Part shown: one piece after another, positions 24,515 to 34,073 of the stretch
Layout of the letters: the number at the start of each line of letters is the position of its first letter
Position numbering within the stretch: position 1 is the stretch's first letter
NCBI GenBank assembly: GCA_964391305.1
Contig: CAYMJO010000002.1
Span: 1-41,238, forward strand
Reading direction: 5' to 3'
DNA: 41,238 nucleotides
Source: an uncultured Candidatus Saccharibacteria bacterium
GTDB taxonomy: Bacteria; Patescibacteriota; CALEFQ01
Translations under genes and position numbers: made by a program
Notes under the pieces: model-generated
Told to the model about the DNA's origin: nothing
The model's input: the letters and a program-made list of their open reading frames with translations, nothing else
The model's database searches: none

Positions 24515-26998
24515 ATGGACGCCAATAAGAAAAAAATCATAATCGATATTGTAATAATTTTGGTTATCGCCTTGGTTAGTTTGAGTTGGTTTTCAGGAGA
24601 TTTAATAGTTAGTAGCGGCGATAATATTTTTAATTACAAACCCACGGAAACTTTGGACAGATATTTTAACACTTGGGATACGCAATCTACACTTGGTATT
24701 CCCGACAACCAAAGCCTCTGCCAGATTTTTCCCTATCAAACAACACTGGCTTTGGCTGATCAAATAGGAATACCGCTCCATATCGTGCAGAAAATACAAT
24801 ACTATATTCTCTTTGCCTTCAGCGGTCTGACGATGTACTTCTTGGTACGCATAATATTGAAAGATAGCAAGCATCAGCGGTTGCCGGCAATCTTTGCGGC
24901 GCTTTTCTACATGTTTAATCCCTTTGCACTTGTTGTAGTTTGGGGAGGGAACTTGACCCTTATTAATTTTTATGCCATTTTACCGTTTTTCATAGGCGGC
25001 TATTTGAGGGGGATTCGCGATAAGAAATACATCTACGTTATTTTGATTCCTGTCGTTGGGTTGCTTTTCTCCATGGCATACTCCGTGACGGCGCTGATAC
25101 TTCTAACATGGCTCCTTATCTTTTCTATGTTGTTCTTTTATATTATTTATAATTTGAAAAAGGAAAGAAGAAAGAAGATTTTCTCCGCTCTCAAATTCAC
25201 ACTTTTACTTCTCTTGGTATGGTTTGCTCTTAATTCGTATTGGCTATTGCCATATATTAATGATGCTGGAAATTTGATTGTTACTGCTACCTATGAAAAT
25301 CCAACCCAAAACCTCATTGGTGTGAGCCAATCATCAAGTGCCGTCAATGCTTTTCGAATGTTAACCTATCCTCCTTTTTATCAAAAATTCATGGGGGTAG
25401 ATGCCTTTTTCCCATATGCGGGAATATATAATACTCTTGGGTTTCAGATTTTGTCCGGTATTTTCACAACTCTGGCTTTGATAGGAATTTTCTTCTCATG
25501 GAAAGTTTATCCGAAGCACCGAAAAATTCTTTGGTTTCTAGCTCTATTGTTTATTGTTACTTTCTTTTTGTTTAGGGGAAGCAATTCCATATTTGGAAAT
25601 ATGTATATCTGGATGATGGAAAGCTTTCCATGGATGGTTGCCTTCCGCATTCCAATCGATAAGTTCGGACCACTCTTTGTATTGGCGTACGCTATCTTCG
25701 CCGCTCTGGGACTAAGCATTCCCGCCAATTATATTTTTTATAAGTCAATATTTTTTCCAAAAATAACTAAGAGGCTTTTTATTGGAGTGTTGGCGTTTCT
25801 GCTTGTCGGCGTTCTGATGTTTCCTATGTGGACCGGACAGGTATTCTATCGGGGAGGCACATACAGGGCTTCTTATCTCACAAAGCCGCCTTCGGAGTAC
25901 TCCGAATTGGCCGATTATTTGAGAAACGATCCGGGTGCATATCGCTTATTTCCAATACCGATATGTGGCAATTGGGGATGCGGACTTTGGTGGAACAACG
26001 GGAAGCACGGACACAGTGGTGGTAACCCTCATTTTTCTCTGCTGCCCAAGTCTGCTATCCTAGTCAATTCGGAAGGCTTGGCAACTTTTATAATCCAAGA
26101 GTTAGCCACAAAAACCGAAGATCAAATTAACATTTACAATGTAAATCTTGCACTGGGACTACTGAATGTAAAATACTTTTTATTGCACAGGGATTTGGCT
26201 GAAGATTATTTTGCTTATGATAAAAAACAGATGGATTTATTGGCATCTTATCTGGACAACGGGAAGCTCGAAGGAATAACAAAAGCAGCGGAATTTGGAG
26301 ATTTGACCTTGTATCAACTGAACAATCAATATTACTTGCCTCAAATATACGCGCCAAACAGGATTGTCAGGAGCAATATTGCGCTCAACGAGTTTCCAAC
26401 GGAACAATTGGAAAAAGAGCCTTTGGCCGATACCGATATTCCAGCATTTATAAATTTACCTCCGGTGTTTGCGCAGGAAATAGACGCGAAGCAGTGGGAA
26501 GATAATGGCAGGGCCTATAAAATAATTACAGATCCCGGCTTTCATACACCCATGCTTGATTTCAAGCAAGTCTCTCCCAGCAAATGGCGAGTGATCGTTA
26601 CGGATTTTCAAAATCCCTTTCTTCTAGTGATGTCGCAACAATTTAACAACAAATGGAAAATGTATACCAAGCCGCTTGTAGATGAAGAGCTTATAGAAGA
26701 AGCTACTACCGAAAATATTGAATATTTTAAAAATGTCCGAGAAAACAAATTTTTGGAAAACAAATCTATTTGGGAAACAGTTTCCCAAATAGAAACGCCC
26801 AAGGCTCATCTGTTGGTTAATGGCTATGCCAATGGCTGGTGGATAGAGGGCTATAAAGATACTGCTGAATTCGAATTGATTCTGGAATACAGTCCGCAGC
26901 GTTTGTATTATATCGGTGTAATCGTCTCCCTAATAACTGTCTTGATACTGATATTTTCTTATCTTAAGATTAGAAAGAAATCCTATGGCGGATTATAA
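24515..26998 (+). CDS. AftD/DUF3367-like GT-C membrane glycosyltransferase (single module, 827 aa)
   Basis: Many TM segments, a GD loop after TM1 (VSSGDNIFNY), an ectodomain of ~358 aa, then NGYANGW and a terminal TM. It is collinear in motifs with both halves of the 1957-aa ORF. Confidence 0.65.
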   Translation: MDANKKKIIIDIVIILVIALVSLSWFSGDLIVSSGDNIFNYKPTETLDRYFNTWDTQSTLGIPDNQSLCQIFPYQTTLALADQIGIPLHIVQKIQYYILFAFSGLTMYFLVRIILKDSKHQRLPAIFAALFYMFNPFALVVVWGGNLTLINFYAILPFFIGGYLRGIRDKKYIYVILIPVVGLLFSMAYSVTALILLTWLLIFSMLFFYIIYNLKKERRKKIFSALKFTLLLLLVWFALNSYWLLPYINDAGNLIVTATYENPTQNLIGVSQSSSAVNAFRMLTYPPFYQKFMGVDAFFPYAGIYNTLGFQILSGIFTTLALIGIFFSWKVYPKHRKILWFLALLFIVTFFLFRGSNSIFGNMYIWMMESFPWMVAFRIPIDKFGPLFVLAYAIFAALGLSIPANYIFYKSIFFPKITKRLFIGVLAFLLVGVLMFPMWTGQVFYRGGTYRASYLTKPPSEYSELADYLRNDPGAYRLFPIPICGNWGCGLWWNNGKHGHSGGNPHFSLLPKSAILVNSEGLATFIIQELATKTEDQINIYNVNLALGLLNVKYFLLHRDLAEDYFAYDKKQMDLLASYLDNGKLEGITKAAEFGDLTLYQLNNQYYLPQIYAPNRIVRSNIALNEFPTEQLEKEPLADTDIPAFINLPPVFAQEIDAKQWEDNGRAYKIITDPGFHTPMLDFKQVSPSKWRVIVTDFQNPFLLVMSQQFNNKWKMYTKPLVDEELIEEATTENIEYFKNVRENKFLENKSIWETVSQIETPKAHLLVNGYANGWWIEGYKDTAEFELILEYSPQRLYYIGVIVSLITVLILIFSYLKIRKKSYGGL

Positions 26999-28196
26999 AG
27001 ATATCGAATTCAATATTTTTGCGAATACCATGGTGGAGCCCGGAATGAGCGGCGGCAACAAAATTTTTATCGAAATTGCCAAGGAATGGGCAAGGAGAGG
27101 AATGAAGATTATCATTTTCACCTCCGATGTCGGCAAAAAAATCTGTGTTGAAAATGGACTCGACCGTGCGGAATTTGTAACATGGGAAGCTGGAAAATTT
27201 TCGAAGTTTGGCGTGTTTATTCAATACTTAAGAGGTATTTTTATTGGCTTAAAAAATGTTTCACAAAAAAGTACAAAGCAAAACCGAAAGTTTAAAGTGA
27301 TTTATGCCTCTTCGGATTATTGGCCAGATTCAATTCCCGCTTTCTTTATGAAGGCAAAAAACAAGACGGCTTATTTAATTGGTTCCCTTTATCTGAAAGC
27401 GCCCAACCCATTCAAGGGCTTTCGGGAAAATAGCAATTGGAGATTTCCAAAAATATCAAATATCATTTTCTATCTCACTCAAAAACCGATTTACTGGCAT
27501 ATTTTGAAAAAGGCCCAGATTGTTTTTGTAACATCCGAACCGGATCGACAAATTTTTATAAAAGCGGGACGAAAGCCGAAAGAAGTTTTGACAATTCAAG
27601 GAGGCGTTGATATAACCGCCGCACAGAATTTTTTACAGAATAATAAAATTACCGATGAAAAGAAAAAATACGATGGCTGTTTCATGGGACGCCTGCATCC
27701 GCAGAAAGGACCGGTGGAACTGATCGATATTTGGAAATTGGTCACAAAAAAGAAGCCAGATGCAAAACTCGCCCTGATCGGACATGGAGCGCTGGAAAGC
27801 AAAGTCAAAAGCAAAATAAAGCGATACGGACTGCAAAACCAAATAGATATGCTGGGATTCAAATCGGGCGAGAAAATGCATACGATATTTCGAGAGAGTC
27901 GAGTCATGCTCCATCCCGCTATTTATGATAGCGGGGGAATGTCCGCATGGGAAGGCATGGCTTGGGGACTGCCTGGAATTGGCTTTGATCTGCCAGCGCT
28001 CAAAACTTATTATCCGGCCGGAATGCTAAAGGCCCCAATTGGGAATTTCCAGGCATTTGCCAATTTAGTTCTAAAATTGCTCAAAAATCCATCGCTCTAT
28101 GATAAAATTAGTAAAAAGGCTGTCGCGGGAAGCCTCAATTGGAGCTGGGAAAAAAGAGCCAAGAAAGTTTTTAATCAAATACAAGTAATGTTTTAA
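26985..28196 (+). CDS. GT4-family glycosyltransferase
   Basis: Motifs: EPGMSGGNKIF, GRLHPQKGPVELIDIW and SGGMSAWEGMAWGLPGIG. It overlaps the upstream gene by 14 nt. Confidence 0.8.
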   Translation: MADYKDIEFNIFANTMVEPGMSGGNKIFIEIAKEWARRGMKIIIFTSDVGKKICVENGLDRAEFVTWEAGKFSKFGVFIQYLRGIFIGLKNVSQKSTKQNRKFKVIYASSDYWPDSIPAFFMKAKNKTAYLIGSLYLKAPNPFKGFRENSNWRFPKISNIIFYLTQKPIYWHILKKAQIVFVTSEPDRQIFIKAGRKPKEVLTIQGGVDITAAQNFLQNNKITDEKKKYDGCFMGRLHPQKGPVELIDIWKLVTKKKPDAKLALIGHGALESKVKSKIKRYGLQNQIDMLGFKSGEKMHTIFRESRVMLHPAIYDSGGMSAWEGMAWGLPGIGFDLPALKTYYPAGMLKAPIGNFQAFANLVLKLLKNPSLYDKISKKAVAGSLNWSWEKRAKKVFNQIQVMF

Positions 28197-28208
28197 AACG
28201 TGATTATT

Positions 28209-31200
28209 ATGAAAAATTTCTTCAGAAAATGGTGGCCCCAGATAATTGTTATTATTGCCAGTTTCGGTGTTTTATTGTTGTTTAAAGATCAGATGATCAT
28301 TGCCGGCGGCGACAGTATTCTGGATCTGGATTATACAAACTGGTTTGGGCCTCTTAGCTCTGCATGGAACGATAAGGTCAATTTGGGCAGTGCTAATTCC
28401 TCTCTGGCTCGCTTTTTCCCAACTGTTGTTTTTTGGAAATTTTTTAGTCTCTTACACGTTCCGACGTGGCTTATCCAAAGATGCTGGATATTGGCGTTAT
28501 CAAGTAGTTCTGGGTTGTCGGTTTTTTATTTAGTAGTCAATTTGTTTCAGAAACGCACTGTATCGATAAAAATTGGAGCAATCGTGGCAAGCATTTTGTA
28601 TCTTTACAATATGTTTGTCGTGACCGATCCAACTCAAGTAAATTTACATCTCATTCTTGCCATTCTTCCTTGGTTGTTACTGTTATGGATGAAAGGCCTA
28701 AACAAGAAAAAATTTGATTTTACTTTTTCTCTTTGGATCGGCATTATTTCATTGCTGATTGCCGCGTCAGCCACCAACATCGCCTCTATCAGCGTTGTTC
28801 CTATAATCTTAGGTATTTATTTCCTTCATCACATTGCGACAAAGCCCAAGACTTTCAAGCGGAGCTTACTGTTTGCCTTGGCAACGATCGCTAACTGCAT
28901 AATATTCAACCTCTGGTGGATTTCAACATCTATCTTATTCATGCTAAAAACCAGCCATGAAACCGCTGCGGTTTCCGCTGAAGTTTCTTTTATTGACAGC
29001 GCCAAAGTCATTGATGCACTTCGCCTTCTCGGAAGCTGGGCGTTTGAAACCAGTTATAATAGCATACCGCTTTTTGGATATTCAAATCTGTTCACCACGG
29101 GAATCTTGGTACTGACTACGTTGCTTATCACTATTTTTATATTTTTAACTTTTTTAAAAAAATATTTACTCCGAAGCACTCTCTTCTTTTTACTTTTGTC
29201 TATTGTGGGAATTTTCCTTGTAAAAGGCTCCAATCCTCCATGGGGAGAGCTTTACAGTTTTCTTCACAGTAAACCGGTATTTTGGATTTTCCGCGAACCG
29301 TTTTCAAAATTCACGCCGATTACGCTTTTGGCATTTTCCGTTTTGATTGGTCTGGCGATGACAATGCTTCTTAGCAAAATAAAGAAAATGTCAATAAACA
29401 AAAAAGTTCTAGTGAGCTTCGTTACTGTGGCAATCGTGATCTGTTTGCTATTGGTCAATGCCTTTCCTCTGTTGACTGGACAGGCAATATGGGATAAGGA
29501 AAATGGCTCAATGAGATCTCTGCATACAAAAGTTCCCGACTATTGGCAGGAAGCCGACAATTGGCTTTCCGAGAATGATCCAAAATCTCAAGTTCTGCTT
29601 CTGCCAAAAGCCGGGTACGGACAAGCTTACAATTGGGAACACGGCTTCGGTGGGGCCTCGTACGTTGCCATGGTTGTGCTTTCCAATTCTACAGTCGGTT
29701 ATCCTGCACATCCAGTTTCCAAAACGGACAAGGCTCTAATAGAAGTATACGACCTACTCGATTCTGACAAATTAGGACATTTTGCCAAAGCCCTTTCTGT
29801 CCTGAATGTGAAATACATATTACAGCAAAATGATTTGAATTGGCAGCAGGGTTTGCTGTTTAAAAGCCCTTCTCCATCTGTTATGAAAAGCAAGTTAGGG
29901 CAGATTGATGGAATCAAACCGGTAAAAAGTTTCGGACAACTTGACTTATACCAGCTGGATGACAAGTTCTTGAGTGAGACTATTGAGCTGAACAGTCATA
30001 TTACTTACACCGATGGCAATATTGCCGATATTTTTAAGGAAGTGACTTTCAGAGACGGGCAATTGGTTGAAAATTTTTATCTTGCTTCCCAACTTGAAGA
30101 AGATGAAAAAGAAATAATTTCGCAAAAAGCCACGAATCTTGTTCTTAATATCAAACAAGACGAAGATAAGAAAGAAAAATATTTTGAGCTGCCAACGTCG
30201 GGCTCATATGAAATCTTCTTGGCAAACTTAAATACAGATGTCGATAGCGAAAAAATAATCATCAATGGCAAAGAAGTTTTACTGCACAGGGAAGAACTTC
30301 CAGAACAAAATAAAAAGACTAAAAAACAACTGACAGATTTAGAATTAATAGATCCCAAATCATGCGAGGGCGATGATTCCAAGGCTTTGCTTAGATTCAG
30401 TATTCCTCCTGAACTTTCATTGGCAAATAACGCTCTTGAAGGCTTTTTTATCGATAATGAAAAAATCGAGCCGATTGCCATTGATACAAAAAGACACACC
30501 GTAGATATATGTTCTGAAGTTAAAGTTTCGAAAGCGGAAAATGCAAAACCATGGCAAAAGTGGCGTCCCGTTGATACGCAGGCAGGACAAGATATGTACA
30601 GCACAGCTCTCGATGATTCTTTTACGAGTGATCTCACGACAAGTATTGATGATAAAAAATTGATAGTTAGTTTCCTTGGAGATCGGGAAACTAGAGAAGA
30701 ATTTGAAAATTCTCTGACAGAACCATATTCATTGAACATTGGAAGCGTGAAACCGAGAGAAGTTATATTGGTGACGCCTCAAGGCAGTGATCCTCCCGAC
30801 GATTTAAGCGTTTACTATATTAAAAAAGATGATTTGTCTAAACTTGAAAGCTTCTCAATCCGGACAGAAGCTTCATCGCAGTATTTAAAAACTTCTGAAA
30901 AGATCTCTATCAATAAGAGTAGAAATTCAATTTCACTAATTGGTAATTCTGGACTGGATACGGCCGCAAACATCATACTTTCTTCAAATCAATTTGACAA
31001 CTCGATATCTATCGCTGATATGACCTACAAAAAAATATCGGCAACGAAATACGAAGCTAAGATTCCAAAGACAGATACCGATACGACATTGCTTTTTAAA
31101 AATACTTTTGACGAAAAATGGGAAGCTCAAATAGACGGATCTTCTCTCAATAATCATATTATCGCCAATGGATTTGAAAATTCTTGGCAGATCGGAAAGG

Positions 31201-34073
31201 GGCAAGAGGGAATCATAACAATTTCCTATGCACCGCAGAGAACTTTGATTATTGCCCTGATTATTTCCGCCGCTTATCTTGCATTTTCTATTCTTTACCT
31301 CTGGCGAAAGAAAAGGAAGCTCGAGCTTGCAAGAGTCAATTTGGAGATAGATCTGGCTTATGAAAAACCCATTTCGGCTAAATTCAGCATTATCATTGAA
31401 ACGATAATATCCATTGGTTTTTCAGTCTTCGTTGTCCTTATTCTGCTTTCTGTAATATTGAGACTCATACAAAATCGTGATATATCCGATTGGCTTGGCG
31501 TTCAAGCTTTTGTTGTTCTAATAGTTATACTAATCGTCAAGCTGTTCACCGTTGGAAAAAAGTTACAGGCGCACTCTACAATCGTTGAACGCGCCATGAA
31601 GACAGCAGTAGTTTGGATTTTCCAAAAAACATGCAGCTTGGGTATCGAATTTTATCACTTTATGATCAAGCACTGGCCGCTTATCATCATTGCAATATTG
31701 GGATTAGCTTCACAGATCTGGTTCCGAGATAATTTGATTATCGCCAGCGGCGACAATTACCAATATCTTGATCCTGGAAAACTTTTCGACGACAATATTC
31801 TGACCGTCTACGTGAAATCAAACGCGGGCTATGCCAATCCGGCAATCAACACCGTTTTTCCATTCATGTTTTTCTGGAAAGTTTTAGAGGCACTGCATTT
31901 CTCTTTGATCACAATTCAGAGATTATGGTGTTATCTTAACTTCACCGTAGCCGGATTTACGATGTATGCGTTGATTTTCTACTTGTTCCGAAATGAAAAA
32001 TACAACAAGATTGCCGGACTCACAGGAGCATTGCTGTATATGGCAAATGCCTATATTCAACTCGATGTTTTCCAAATTACCGCAAAACCACTTCATGCTG
32101 TCTTTCCTCTCATCTTTTTGCTATGGATCAAAGGATTGCATTATTCAAAGAAAAAAGCTCTCTATTACGCCTTTTCTTTGAGTCTAACGAGTATTTTTAT
32201 CGTTTCATCAGGTGCGAACATCGCTCTAATCGGCGCGCCATTGCTGATATTGCTGGCATATACGATATATTTCTTTATTACCACTAGAAAAAAGATTATA
32301 AGCGGCTTAAAATTCATCGGCTTATCTTTAATATCTCTAATAGTCGTCAATTTATGGTGGTTGATAGTTACCATTCCGGCAATGATAGTCCTAAATCAAA
32401 ATACACCCGAGAAGATAAAAGATGTGACATTCGAAGACAGAACGCATATCATAGATGCCTTCCGTCTATTGGGTGCTTGGGGCTTTAGAATTAAAATGGA
32501 TCTTGGAAATGGGAATTTTGTTCCAAATGTTCCATACGCCGAAGGCTATTATCAACTACCTCTTCTTATCATAACCTTTGGCATTCCAATAATCGCCTTT
32601 CTAGTATTTATATTGAAAAAGGATAAACTTCGAGTGGTAATCTTTCTGGGAATTCTCGCTTTGATCGGATTGTTTCTGATCAAGGGAACAAATCCTCCGT
32701 TGGGAGGAATATATTACATCATCCGCCAAAAAATTCCTATGTTCTGGGTTTTTAGAGAGCCGTTTACAAAATTCATACTGGTTTACCTTTTTCCGCTTTC
32801 TATACTCTTTGGATTATCTATCCAATGCATTACCAATTTTGTCAGAGAAAAGTTTTCCAAAACAAACAAGCCATGGGTAAAAAAGATCTATTTTGCTGTT
32901 CCCATCTTGGCAATAATAGCAATCATTTTCTCCGCTCACCCTCTCTTTACCGGACAGAATGTCCCGGATCACACTTGGTACAATACTCCTAGATATTCTT
33001 CTCGAGTCAAAGTCCCTAAATATTGGAAAGAGCTCGAGACATGGTTTGATAAAAACGATCCGAATGGCCGAGTTGCTCTCTTTCCAAAAGCCAGCTATGG
33101 CCATACATATCGTTGGGGTTCTGGCATGCCGACAGGAAACTACGTTGCAGAAGTCCTCATCTCGAATCCTTTACTTAGATACCCAACCTTGATAAGCCTT
33201 AATATATCAGACATGTTTGTCTCCGAATTGTACACGAAACTGAATGAGCAAAATTTTGACGGGTTCAATAAGCTTATGGACCTATTAAACGCCAAATACG
33301 TATTACAACAAGACGACCTCGCGTGGGATCATGCCCTAGAAGACACACCTAGTCCAGCGATTATGCACAACTTTTTAAATAGGAACAAAGATATTGAAAT
33401 GGTAAAAAACTTTTCCAAGCTTACTTTGTATCGAATCAAAGGCGCAGACAAAAAAAACATCGCCGAGGTAGCAAAAGAAATAAAATTGATCCCCGCGCCC
33501 GCAAATAAGGAAGATATCCCCAATGCGATTATCAATGAATATAATCCCAATACCGCAATTTTAATAAAAGGCATAAATAATGATGGAAAGGAAGATAAAG
33601 TCGAAGGAACTCTTGCAGAATTAAGCAATACCAAATCGTCTTCCATCAAAGTTATCAAGTTGTCGCCAACTCGTTACCAAATCAATGTCAAAGGCAAAAA
33701 TAAATTTTTCTTAACATTCAAAATGACATTTTTGGAAGACTGGAAGGCATACGTTTTATCAGAGAATCAAAAGTTTAGCCCATTGAATAAAAAAGGAAAA
33801 ATATCCGAAGATCTCCATTTTGTTACCAACGGCTACGCAAATGGCTGGATTGTAACGCCTCCGGGCTGTGTAGTGGATGAAAAATGCGGAGATTCTTACA
33901 ATGTGATCATTGACTATAACCCCCAAAATGTGCTATATTTAGGTCTGATAATTTCTGGCTCCGCGCTGGCTTGTTTTGTGGTTTATCTGATAATTTTTCC
34001 CTTTTTTAAAGGGAAAAAAAACAGAAAGATATCAGAACCCTATGAAGATTCTTCTCGCCAATCCACCATGTAG
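28209..34073 (+). CDS. Giant membrane protein made of two tandem AftD/DUF3367-like GT-C modules
   Basis: One uninterrupted frame; ATG at 28209 or GTG at 28200. Module 1 covers ~28209-31320, a two-TM linker ~31321-31661, and module 2 31662-34073. The two modules share ordered motifs with each other and with ORF 24515-26998 (see findings). Confidence 0.8.
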   Translation: MKNFFRKWWPQIIVIIASFGVLLLFKDQMIIAGGDSILDLDYTNWFGPLSSAWNDKVNLGSANSSLARFFPTVVFWKFFSLLHVPTWLIQRCWILALSSSSGLSVFYLVVNLFQKRTVSIKIGAIVASILYLYNMFVVTDPTQVNLHLILAILPWLLLLWMKGLNKKKFDFTFSLWIGIISLLIAASATNIASISVVPIILGIYFLHHIATKPKTFKRSLLFALATIANCIIFNLWWISTSILFMLKTSHETAAVSAEVSFIDSAKVIDALRLLGSWAFETSYNSIPLFGYSNLFTTGILVLTTLLITIFIFLTFLKKYLLRSTLFFLLLSIVGIFLVKGSNPPWGELYSFLHSKPVFWIFREPFSKFTPITLLAFSVLIGLAMTMLLSKIKKMSINKKVLVSFVTVAIVICLLLVNAFPLLTGQAIWDKENGSMRSLHTKVPDYWQEADNWLSENDPKSQVLLLPKAGYGQAYNWEHGFGGASYVAMVVLSNSTVGYPAHPVSKTDKALIEVYDLLDSDKLGHFAKALSVLNVKYILQQNDLNWQQGLLFKSPSPSVMKSKLGQIDGIKPVKSFGQLDLYQLDDKFLSETIELNSHITYTDGNIADIFKEVTFRDGQLVENFYLASQLEEDEKEIISQKATNLVLNIKQDEDKKEKYFELPTSGSYEIFLANLNTDVDSEKIIINGKEVLLHREELPEQNKKTKKQLTDLELIDPKSCEGDDSKALLRFSIPPELSLANNALEGFFIDNEKIEPIAIDTKRHTVDICSEVKVSKAENAKPWQKWRPVDTQAGQDMYSTALDDSFTSDLTTSIDDKKLIVSFLGDRETREEFENSLTEPYSLNIGSVKPREVILVTPQGSDPPDDLSVYYIKKDDLSKLESFSIRTEASSQYLKTSEKISINKSRNSISLIGNSGLDTAANIILSSNQFDNSISIADMTYKKISATKYEAKIPKTDTDTTLLFKNTFDEKWEAQIDGSSLNNHIIANGFENSWQIGKGQEGIITISYAPQRTLIIALIISAAYLAFSILYLWRKKRKLELARVNLEIDLAYEKPISAKFSIIIETIISIGFSVFVVLILLSVILRLIQNRDISDWLGVQAFVVLIVILIVKLFTVGKKLQAHSTIVERAMKTAVVWIFQKTCSLGIEFYHFMIKHWPLIIIAILGLASQIWFRDNLIIASGDNYQYLDPGKLFDDNILTVYVKSNAGYANPAINTVFPFMFFWKVLEALHFSLITIQRLWCYLNFTVAGFTMYALIFYLFRNEKYNKIAGLTGALLYMANAYIQLDVFQITAKPLHAVFPLIFLLWIKGLHYSKKKALYYAFSLSLTSIFIVSSGANIALIGAPLLILLAYTIYFFITTRKKIISGLKFIGLSLISLIVVNLWWLIVTIPAMIVLNQNTPEKIKDVTFEDRTHIIDAFRLLGAWGFRIKMDLGNGNFVPNVPYAEGYYQLPLLIITFGIPIIAFLVFILKKDKLRVVIFLGILALIGLFLIKGTNPPLGGIYYIIRQKIPMFWVFREPFTKFILVYLFPLSILFGLSIQCITNFVREKFSKTNKPWVKKIYFAVPILAIIAIIFSAHPLFTGQNVPDHTWYNTPRYSSRVKVPKYWKELETWFDKNDPNGRVALFPKASYGHTYRWGSGMPTGNYVAEVLISNPLLRYPTLISLNISDMFVSELYTKLNEQNFDGFNKLMDLLNAKYVLQQDDLAWDHALEDTPSPAIMHNFLNRNKDIEMVKNFSKLTLYRIKGADKKNIAEVAKEIKLIPAPANKEDIPNAIINEYNPNTAILIKGINNDGKEDKVEGTLAELSNTKSSSIKVIKLSPTRYQINVKGKNKFFLTFKMTFLEDWKAYVLSENQKFSPLNKKGKISEDLHFVTNGYANGWIVTPPGCVVDEKCGDSYNVIIDYNPQNVLYLGLIISGSALACFVVYLIIFPFFKGKKNRKISEPYEDSSRQSTM

